Shown here in pieces: positions 49,101 to 61,200 of a stretch of 64,000 nt of DNA. Each line of letters begins with the position of its first letter. The first letter of the stretch is position 1. Origin of the DNA: Eledone cirrhosa (Eukaryota); assembly GCA_964016885.1 (NCBI GenBank), contig OZ024750.1:24242001-24306000 (forward strand), in the 5' to 3' direction. Below the pieces are notes generated by a model, which did no database searches, was not told the origin of the DNA, and saw nothing but the letters and a program-made list of their open reading frames with translations. Position numbers and translations under genes: made by a program.

Positions 49101-50130
49101 GTTAAGGTATTGTTCTCAAAATAAATAATATCAAAATCTCGTAGATTTGATATTATGTGAGGTAAAGCTTTTACCATGAAAATATAATACTATATATAGA
49201 GTAAGTGCTAAAGGGTTAATCATTTAACTTACCAATGAAAATACCGCCACCATTAACCATCTTTAGCTTAAAAAATAAAAAAAAGGGGCCTTTAACTCCT
49301 GGTGGATTTGTAGGAGTGCTATCCTGACATAAGGTGTGTCTTGGATTTTATAAACTTGGCACAGCCCATCTCTCTCAAGGTCAGAGAACTGCCCATTTCT
49401 TTGTGAGAGAGCGGAGGAAAAAATCAAGAGAGACAGAGTGGACCCTCAGTAATATGAATTAATTAGGTGTGGGTCATAGGAAGTTCAAATGTCCACTCAT
49501 AGTTATGTCCAGATAAACAGTGTTATACCTGTAGTTCTAAATACTTGTGCGAGTGCGTGTGTGTACGTACATGTACATCAGTATGTACCTATGTGCGTGT
49601 GTGTGTGTGTGTCTGTACATTGTACATCAGTATGTGCCAATTTATTTATTTATTTATTTATTCAATTTAAACGTCCGTATAGAGCTAGTAAGCCATGACA
49701 GACTCCGGTGAAGTATTGAGTATTCCTTACAGTTGGTAATCAAAAAGAGATAGTGAGAAAAGTAATAAAAAAAGAAAAGAAAAAAGTAAAGAAAAAAAAA
49801 CTAAAAAAAAAGAAAAGGGGGAAAAATAAAATAACAAAAATAACCTTTAAAATATTGAAGGCCAATGTGAAGCAGATTATGCTTAAGAAAATGAAAAAGA
49901 AAAGAGGAAACAAGGGAAAACTGTTTCTCCTGTGTGTGTGTATATGTACATCAGTATGTGCCAATGTGTGTATGTGTATGCATCTGTGTTTGTGTGTGTA
50001 GCAAAATAAAATATACCAAAAGACAAACCCAATATATATGTAAAATAAGAATAAAAAAAATATTGAGACGTTTCATTAAAAAGCACATACCATGCCTACC
50101 ACCAAAGATTTGGATTGTCCTCCCACCAAA

Positions 50131-50175
<45 letters not shown>

Positions 50176-52247
50176 CAAATAAATAATCCCTAAATTCAGA
50201 AAGAGTTCTTACTCAGCGATATCATGTGACTTATTCTCTGAACCTAACCACCAATGGTGACGACCATTCTTGGTACCAGACTTCATATCATGCTTCATTG
50301 TTATTATCATACAAGCTCGTTTCTCCCAGACCATTCTCCAGAACTCAGGAATGGTGTGAGGAAGGGGAGTCTGGCATGCAATATACTTGAGTAGGTTGGT
50401 TGATACTTCAATGTCGATATGACTACCATTTATATATTTAGCAGAACCAGATATCACTACGCGACATTTATCATCTAGAGTCAAGAAAATAATGAGAATT
50501 TTATAGCAAAAAATCCTGTAAAACAGTGATTCCCAACGTGAGGCATATGCCCGACAAGGGAGCAATTTGAATATTCAAGGGTGCAATTTAAAAATGATGT
50601 TAATGAAAGCAAACTTCAGGTTTTATCTTATTACTTTTACACCAAGGCAACTTTGGAACAAATTACTGTCAGAAACTCCTGTCTCATCTCCTCCACACAT
50701 GTTATTGTGCATCTAACATCACCTACTCCAAGGCAACTTTGGAACAAATTACTGTCGGAAACTCCTGTCTCACCTCCTCCACACATATTGTGTATCTAAC
50801 ATCACCCATACCCCAATTTGTTTACACTTTGTAATTGATCATCAATGTTTTTATATCAAAGAGGGGCAAAGAAATGTTTGAGATGTTGAGGTGGGGTATG
50901 GAGCACAAAAGGTTGGGAATCACTGCTGTAAAATATTTTGAGTTACATTGTGAAGAATGACTTCAAGAAACTGAACCTTATGTAGGAAATAATATAGGAC
51001 TGAGCTGACTGGTGATATGCCATAATACAAAAGATCTGCCTACCTTACCCCAACGAAACACACCAAAACACCTGCAGTGGATTTTAACTGATTACCAATG
51101 AACTGGGAATCCTATACATTATCTTTTAAGTACTAATTGTAAATGAGGTTGGTGTTAGGAAGGGTATCCAGCTGTAGAATCCAAGCCAAAATAAGTTCTG
51201 TATGAGCAAGACATGGTCATCTGACCTAACATTGCCTACAACAGGACAACTCATCTAACCCATGCCAGCATGGAAAAATGGACGTAAAATGATGATGATG
51301 ATGTTACTCTGTTTCTACAAATATTGATCTAACAATGAGGTTGTTGTTATTGTTCTACTACAACTATAAGGCATCCAATGCTGGTGCCTACAAAAAATGC
51401 TCCCAGTACATGCTGTAAAGTGCATCCAGCCATAGAAAACCAAGCCCAAAACAGAACATATTATCAAGACGTGGTCACCTGACACATCTAGCCACATAAT
51501 GTTGTATTGTATTGGTTGTATGGTCCCATAACTCCTGATAGAGTCGTAGAGGTGCCATAGTGACATATAGTGTTTCTTTAAGCCTGGTGGAGCTCATCCT
51601 TCTCCAGGCCTGAGTACAGCAGATTTCTTCCAGAGAAAGATAGAAAGTGAGAGAGCAGAAATGAGAAAGAGATATAGAGGAAGAATTGACCCCAGTTCTA
51701 GACTGGTACTTTTTTTTATCAACCTTGAAAGGACAAAAGGCAAAGTTGACCTCAGCAGGAATTGAACCCTGAGAGCAGAGAACTGGAACAAATACCATAA
51801 AACATTCTATCCGACGTTCTAACAACTGCCAATTCGCCGCCTCATAATGTTACAACCCATCTAACCTATGCCAGCACAGAAAATAAACATTATGATGTGA
51901 TGATGAGGACGGTAAATGTCTAAACAACCAATAAAAAAGACACAAAATTATGATGCACTAAGTTGAAGTTGTGTAAAAGACCAAAATACTTACATGGTAC
52001 AATATTGTGGTATCGGTTTTTATTTTGGTTCTCACTTGAGTGAGCCACTTTACAAGAACTGTTGGTGGGTTTTACTAGCTTCAAAGTCTGCAACAACAAC
52101 AATGCTTTAGATTATATATTCCAAACAAACATTTAAACATTCTAATTAATTAAACATAATTGTTTGCATTCAGGTAAAAAGATTTTTTAAATAATTATAT
52201 GTGATTATTAATTTTTTTATATTCGTGTTAATGATAAATAATAAATA

Positions 52248-52332
<85 letters not shown>

Positions 52333-55300
52333 CTTTGATGATTTAGTGTTAAAGAATATTTTTAAAAATGAGGCTTCTGAGGATGTGTGGCCCTAAGTTA
52401 TAGCTTATAGGTAAGTTCTTTCCATGCTTGCATGGGTTGGCAATGAATAAACTATGATGAACTGTTATATAATTTTCATGGAGCTGGGGTCATAATAAAA
52501 TGTACCCAGAACACTCTTTAAAATGGTTGGTGTTAGGAAGAGCATCGAGCTATAGAAACCATGCCGAACAGGCTTGAGAGGACTCTCCAGTCAAATGAAG
52601 GACATGACAATCTCCCTAACACTGGTACCAAAATAAAACACACCCAGTACACTATAGTAATTTGAAGGGCATTTAGTTGTAGAAATTATGCTGATAAAAA
52701 GGGTTGAGTGAGAGGACTCCTCAGTCAAATAAAGGACATGATAACCTTCCTAACACTGGTACTACAATAAAACACACCCAGTACACTCTGTAAAGTGGTT
52801 GACAATAGGAAAGGCAACCAACCAGCTAAAAAACATGTGCCAAAAACAGTAGAGAGGACTCTCTGGGCTTGTTTAGAGCATGACAACCTCTCTAGTGTTG
52901 GTGCCATGATAAAGTACTCTCAGTAAAGTGGTTGATATTAGGAAGGACACCCAGCTGTAAAATCTATGCCAAAAAGAGTACAGAGGACATTTAATTTATG
53001 TCGAACATAAATGTTCTTATTAGTGTTGGTACACAATTTCATGTAGTCGGTGCACTCTGTAAAGTGGTTGGCATTAGGAAGGGCATCCAACTATAGAATA
53101 TTTCTTGGTGAATTAAGACAGAAGGTGACACAATAATGTCAGAGATGTATTAGAAATATATTCAGACATCGAAAACAGAAAATAATTATTTTGACCAACT
53201 TACTTGGAATTCCTTTTTATAAAGTTTCTTCTCCAAAACTTCAAGCAGGTAAAGTTGTGTTTCCAACAGTATTTTACAGTCCACTGTTGCAGGAACTTTC
53301 ACCAGTGGAATCTTACACAACCAGTTCAAATCATCCTTCAGTTTATCAAGATGGTCATTTTTGGCAACCTGGTTCTTCACTCGACATTCCTTCTTTAATG
53401 GAACCATGCAATGTTGGTTGGAGTTCACATTGAGAAGTTCTTCACTAACTTCAGTTTTATCAACACCAGAGTAGCAGAACTTCCTGACCTCTGATGAAGA
53501 CTCAAGAGATGTCTTCTTGTTTGCAGGTTTTACCAATTCCTTGAAATAGCAGCCATTGCTACATTTCGACCTAAAACATGCAATTTACAAAATAATGAAG
53601 ATGAAATAAATTCTGAAATAAAAAAAAATCTGAATTGAAAGGTTTTATATTTTATATCTTTAACCCTTTTGTTACCATATTTCTAATTAAAAACACTGCC
53701 TATGATTTTCACTTAGTTTTGAATATAAATATTTTAACACCTTTATTAATATATTATTAATGAAGGACACTGTCTGTGATTTTTGAGAATAATCAAACAC
53801 TGAGAAGGATTTAGAAACATAACTATTCTCATTATTAAGCTGATGTTTGAAACAGCTTAACAAAGGTTCGTACATAAAACTATGATGGATGGTCTTTAAA
53901 TAAATAGAAGCCCTTTGAAATATACAGTTTTCTATCATATAATCAGGGACATGACCCACTATAAGATTGTATCTTATGAGAGGTTTCTTGGTTGTTTTAT
54001 CATGTCGTCAGTTTTCCAGTGACAAAAGATGGGATTTGAACTCAGAAAGCACAAAACAAGAACATCCCATCTGAGACTAACAATTCTATCAGCTCCTGGA
54101 CTGGTACTTCATTTATCATCCCTCAAAAGATGAAAGGCAATGTTGACCATATTGAGATTAGAACTCCAAGTACAGAGAATCAGAACAAAAACTGCAAATC
54201 TTTTAATCTGAAGCTCTGACAACTCTGCCGCCTTGAGGAAGAGCTGACCTGGGTATTGGTTAACAACCCCATATCATCATCATCATTATTATTTAACATC
54301 TGCTTTTCCTGCTAGCAAGGGTTGGATGCATTGTCACAAACTGGTCAGTACTCAAGTGATGCCTCTGACTTCCAGGTGGGCCAGGAACCTAACATAATCC
54401 TGTGTCCTACAAAGTGAATTTTATCATGGCACTAACACAGCTGAGGAATTCTCCTGGCCTTTTGTTTGGCTGGGTGCCATTTTTATCACCAATCACTTTA
54501 CAGAGTGTAACAATATATATTGTATAAGTAAGCAACTTACCTAACCACTGTGAGGACAAGAGTAGTTGGCTGATCTTTCATAAGACCTACAACCTTCTTT
54601 AAACTGAATCCGATCACACATGTACCATTTATCTGTAGGTAAACAAATAGGAGGAGATTCATAAGCATGTCTGTTAAAGCCACATCACGCATGTACCAGT
54701 GATATATTGGTGACAAAATAGGAGAATCTTAACAGCATGCCTGACTGAACCCTATCACACATGAACTATTTACCTGTAGGTAAACAAATAATAGAAGAGA
54801 TTCATAAAAATGTCTGTTAAAGCCACATCACACTTGTACCAGTAATATATTAGTGACTAAATAATAGGACTGAACCCTATCATACATGTAACATTAAACT
54901 GTGAGCAAATAAATCATAGAACAATCATAACATATTCAGGAGACCAAGATTAGAGAAAGTTACCATATTTCTAATGAAAAATATTACCAATGGTTTTCAA
55001 ATAATTTTGAAAATAAGAAACTAAAACATTTAGAGTGATCTAGAAAACTAACTTTCTCATTAAGCTGCTGTTTGAAACTTAACAAAGGTACTGACATGAA
55101 ATTATGATGGAAGGTTTATAGATAAAAATAAACACTTTAATCCTTTTGTTACCATATTTCCAATGGAAGACCCTGCCTATGATACTCAATTAATTTTGAA
55201 AATGATGAGATTCAGTAATAAAACCAACTTTCTCATTATTTAGTTGATGTTTGGAATATAACTTAACAAAGGTTCTTACATAGAATTACAATAGATATAA

Positions 55301-58180
55301 AGTGTTAATAAAACTAAATGTAAAAATTTATCATCATCATCATTGCTTTTATGTTGACCTTTTTAACTTAGCATGGGCTGGTCAGGACTTTTTGAAGCAA
55401 TGTTTTACAGTCAGATGCCCTTCCTGACATTAACCCTTTTAGTTGCTTCTTATGACACACTCTTACCTGTAGAAAACCAACCATCACCACCACCACCACT
55501 AACAACAACAACAACACTGATACAGTTATATATTTATGTTGTTAATAAAGGTAGATGTAAAGACTTACCTGTAAAAGATAGTCACCAATCCGTAGGTGTC
55601 CTTCTTGTGCAGCAACACCGTTCTCTGATATGGCCTTAATAAACAGTCTTGTGTGGTTGTTATTTAAACCAGAAACCAAACTGAAACCATAATTTCCAGA
55701 TTCTGGTCTTTTTAATCTAACTTCCAACACTTTACTACTCTGAAATACAATAACAAAAACACTAATAAATATAAAAACATAAATTTAACACTTTAGCATT
55801 TAACACTTTAGCATTGTGTTCGGCCAGAATTCTCTCACCTCTTTCTGTTCAAACCAACCATAACCGGCTATGCATACTAATGTTAAGGTATTGTTCTCAA
55901 AATAAATAATATCAAAATCTCATAGATTCGATATTATGTGAGATAATTATATGAAGTAAAGCCTTTACTGTGAAAATACAATAGTATTTATAGAGTAATG
56001 TAAATGCCCAAGGGTTAAATATAACACTTAACACTTTAGCATTTAAACCAGTTGTGTCCGGCGAGAATTCTCTCATCTCTTTCTGTTCAAACTGGCTGTA
56101 ATTGGCCACTCAATGTATTGTTCTCAAAATAAATAATATCAAAATCTCATAGATTCGATATTATATAGAGTAATGTAAATGCTAAAGTGTAACTCTTGCA
56201 AGTATTGATGATTAAAAATACCTGATGAATACTGAACAGATAATGAGATAAATTATCTCTCATAAATTTGTCTGTTGAAGTAGGAAACTAGACAGTGGCC
56301 AATTAAATGTTTTATAACATTGCTATTATGTAAATATATATTTGAGGAGAACCAAAATGATCAAAAATTCAGTTTTGAAAATGAAGAAAATCTAGATTGT
56401 AAAATCAAATTCTTTATTCAAGGTTTCTACGTTTTTATAAAATAAATAATAATTTAAAATTTATACAAAGTTTTAATAATGGACTACTGACATCTCAGAA
56501 GGGCTGGGGATTGCATCTTGCACTCTATAAAGTACACCTGGTGCATTTTATCATGGTACCAACACTAGGGAGGAATGTCATGATTTTGACTCAACTGAAG
56601 AATCCTCTCGACCCTTTGTTTGGCAAGTTTTCTATGACTCATTGCCCTTTCTTTCACCAACCACTTTACAAAGTGTATTGGGTGTGTTTTATTATGTCAA
56701 CTACACCATGGAGATTGTTGTACCCTTAATACAACTAAATATATATTTATATATATATATGAGTTCAACTTACCTCAGTTATTTCTATTGGATATTGCTG
56801 TTCTGTAGTGGTTCTTCTACACATACTGCTGTGTCCAGCAGCCATGGTGTCTGAGCTACCTTGTAGAGGTCCATCTATATTGGACCTAACTTTATTGTTT
56901 AGTAGCTCAGACTTGTTAATCTCCTCCGACACACTCTCTGATAGATTCTCACCCACATCAGTGGACACCAAGGTGGATTTGTGTGCTTTTAACTGGAATA
57001 AATAAAAGGTTGGAATATTAACTGTACTGGTTTCAGTTTCAGCAGGGGTTATTCTAGGGGAAATTAACCCCTTTAGTACCATATTTATAATAAAAGGCAC
57101 TGCATATGGTTTTGAAATAATTTTGTAAATAATCAAGAATTTGGAGGAATTTAATAATATAACTAATTTTTGCTGGTGTTTGGAACATAACATAACATAA
57201 GGGTTTTCACATAAAATTATAATGGAAAGTTTTTTTATATAAATATAAACATTTTAACCCTTTATTACCTTATTCCTAATGAAAGACACTGCCTATGATT
57301 TTCAAATAATTTTGAAAATAATCAAGAATTTGGAGGGAGTTAGTAATATAACAAATTTTTTCATTATTGAATTAGTGATTGGAACATAACTTAACAAAAG
57401 TTCTCATAAAATTATAATGGAAGGTTTTTAGATAAATACATTAACCCTTTCATTACCATATTCCTATTGAAAGACATTGCCTATGATTTTCAATTAAATT
57501 TTGAAATATTTAATAAGCATAGTTTTGTGATTAAGCAGTATGTTTCACAACCACAAGTGTGTATGTGTTTGTATATATACATATACGCATATATAATGGC
57601 TCTATGACCTATGCTCAACTGTGTTGAGAAATTATTTATAATATATTTTGGCTCTGTACTTAACATAGAGTACTTTTTTCCTTTAACTATTCTACGGAAA
57701 CTCTTGACATCATCAGTGTGTGTGTTTGTATTTATACTTATATTTGTGTCCGTGATGGTGTTTATATACCATAATTTAGAAGTTAAAAAAAAAAAAAAAA
57801 AAAAAAAAACAGATCAATAAAATAAGTACTAGACTTGAACCAAAATAAGCAACAGGGTTGATATAATTAACTAAATCCTTTTAAGGCAGTGTCCCAGCAT
57901 GGCCACATCTAATAATTAAAACCAGAAAAAGAATAAAAGTTTATATTTACTTTGCACACCGACAGCTTTTCATGACTCAGAGAAACTTGGCTAATATCTT
58001 CAGATACTGTAGAATGTGGGTCCCTAGGAACTTCATTTCTTTCATTTGGGGAGTCAGATATTTGGTCATTTGGTTCTAAATTACTTCTTTGAGTGCTGCC
58101 TTTATCACCGAAACCTAGTTTTTCATCGGTGACACTGTATGGTTTCTGTAACAACAAACATAGCAAATATATATATATAT

Positions 58181-58216
<36 letters not shown>

Positions 58217-61200
58217 GGGGGGGGGGGTGTATGCAGGATGGGGATTGGAGAGGTAGATCTAGATAAAGATCCCCTTTTGTGATGCATGATCATGGGTTTT
58301 GCACCTAGAAAGTTCTCATTTAAAACATAAAACTGGGAAACATGTTTTGTGGAAGACCAGCAATCACACACACACACACACACACACACACAAATAGAAT
58401 TTAGGTTTGACATATACGAAATTCACATACGTATGTGTATATAGCTATCTAAAAATATACTGTATATTTAATAAATAAACATTTTGAAAGCCTCAGCTAT
58501 GAATATATATATATATATATATGATAAAGTTATATCTGTATAAATACAAAGTGTGTAACCGAGACTGTACCAACATATATAAATGTATACAGATATCTAA
58601 TATGTAAGCATGTAAACATGCCAGAAAATACAAATTTCCCTGCAAATTGAAAAAATGATAAATATATTAGATATGTGTATATATATATATATATATAAAG
58701 ATATATCTTTATCATACACTTCGGCTCCGAACACAATAGCCATGTGATACCACATCTACGATGGATGATCTGCATAAAATCAAGTGCTTTAATTTATTAC
58801 ATCATTGTTTGGTAACCGGAACCCCCAGTTCTACCCATTGGTAAACAACCTACATAAATGATTTTTTTTTTTTTTTTTCATTTTCACCATTGCCTCAGTT
58901 TCCTCAATCTTTCTATTTCTTCTTTAATTTCTCATTCTATTTTCTGATGAAAGACTAACGTCCAAAATGTTGAGACTCTTTTCCTACTATATCAAGCGTA
59001 AAACTAATAATATATTTCTTCATTGAACTGTGTCATTTGCTTTTATATTTCTGTTTGACTTTTGCCTATATACACCCAGCAGGAACCTCTTAATCCACTA
59101 TACCCACCTTCAATACACCCCCCCCCCATCCCACTTCTGCCCACACCATCCTTATTCTGTAAAGTTATATTGGTATCACAAAAAGCACCCAACCCACACT
59201 GTAAAGTAGTTGGCATTAGGAAGGGCATCCAGCCAGAAACAGTCCTATATGAGCAAGACATGGTCACCCGATCCAACTTGCCTCTAATGGGACAAACCTG
59301 CCTAACCCATACTAGTGTAGAAAATAGACATATGATGATGATGATGATGATGATGATGATTATATATATAATAATAATTACCTTGATGAGTTTTTTGTTT
59401 TTACTATCAGAAAGTGTGGGGTCCTCAACAGAACCCTTTGGAGTGAGTGTGTTATTTATTGTTGCACCATCATGTTTGTCAGTGAAATATTTTTCACTAA
59501 TCTTTGATGGGTTACATTCTTCCTGAAAAAATACCAAAAACGAAAAAACAACAAAATTATTAACCTGCTGTGTATATTTTACATAGCTACAGTTACTGTA
59601 GATAAATACAAACACTTTAACCCTTTATCATTTAAACCAGCTGCATCTGGCCAGAATTCTCTCACCTCTTTCTGTTCAAACTGGCTATAACCGACCACTC
59701 ATACTGATGTTAAGGTATTATCAAAATAAATAATATCAAAATCTCATAGATTCGTTACTATGTGAGATAATTATGTGAAGTAAAGCCTTTACCATGAAAA
59801 TATAATAGTATATACAGAGTTATGTAAATGATAAAGGGTTAAAATAAACATTTTTTGTTTCATAGAAACAGAGATAGTTTGAAGCAGGTTGCTATCAAAA
59901 AGGATAAAATAGGTATTTTTGTATCCCAGGACCAAAAGGGTTTAAAAAAATTAATATTAACCTTGAATAAAGGGGATTCTTTCAATATCTTATCACCTGT
60001 AGTTGTATGAAGCTTGGGTTTAGTTTCATGTAAGTCACAAGTATCAGGTGATTCCATCTTATAAATATGCTCTTGAGCTAAATTTGTTCTTTTAAGTTCT
60101 GCTGTTTTAGCCGTAGGTTGGGTTTGGGAATTATTGTCTGTTGTATCATAGACAGGGGTAGTTATTGTATGACTTGTTGGGGTGTGAGGATGACTCTGAA
60201 GGGGTTCTGTTTTATTGGGATCCAATTTAGTGTCAACCTGCAATGGAAAAAAAAAAAATCAGAGATATTAATCATCATCATCATTATTATTGCCATCAGT
60301 CTTTGTTATCATTATTATTGGCATAGAGTTACGACCCTTTACATTCTAAGTTCAAATCCTGCAGAAGTTAGCTTTGCCTTTCATTCTTACGGGGTCAATA
60401 AAATAAAGTACCAGTAACACACTGGGGTTGATTTAATCCAGTTTCCCTTTCCCAGGCCTTGTGCCTAAACCAGAAACAATTAATATTGGCTTAAAGTTAC
60501 AACCCTTTATGTTCATCATCATCATCATCATCACAGTTTTACGTCCGTTCTTCCACGCTAGCATGGGTTAGACGGGTTGTCCTGTTGTGGGCAGTGTCTG
60601 GTCGGCTGACCATGCCTTGCTCATACAGGAACTGATCTGGCTTGATTTCCACAGCTGGATGCCCTTCCTAACACCAACCTCATTTACAGTGAGTGCTGGG
60701 TGCTTTTTCGTGGCGCCTACACGTCCACTTTACAGTGTGGGCTGGGTGCTTTTTTGCCGTGGCACCTCCACGGCCACCTTGCGGTGGGGGGGGGGGGGGG
60801 CATATTGTTTATATGCTTCAGCATGTACCCATGGGAGGTCGGGTACCCTGTATTACTGCGTGACGCCAGAAGTCACGGTCGTGTGTCATTGACTTTGAGA
60901 GGTGTAGTTGGGTAAGGTCGGCTTTTATCACCTCATCCCAAGTCATCTTGGGTCTCCCCACTCCGCGGTTTCCATCAACTTCTAGTGCTCTGCACCTTTT
61001 TATGCAGCTGTCATCCTTCATGCGCATCACATGTCCATACCAGCGTAACCGCCTCTCCTGCACGCAGCATTTGATTCCTCTTATGCTCAGTCTCTCTCTC
61101 AATTCCTTTATGCTTTGTCGTTCACGTATATTACTGTTACACATCCATCGGAGCATGCAGGCTTCGTTTCTCTCTAATCTACGTAAGTCTTCCACCTTCA

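Noticed and set aside
49740-50178. Lys-rich and Phe-rich ORFs
   Set aside because: Low-complexity A-rich and (TG)/(TA) microsatellite sequence in an intron.
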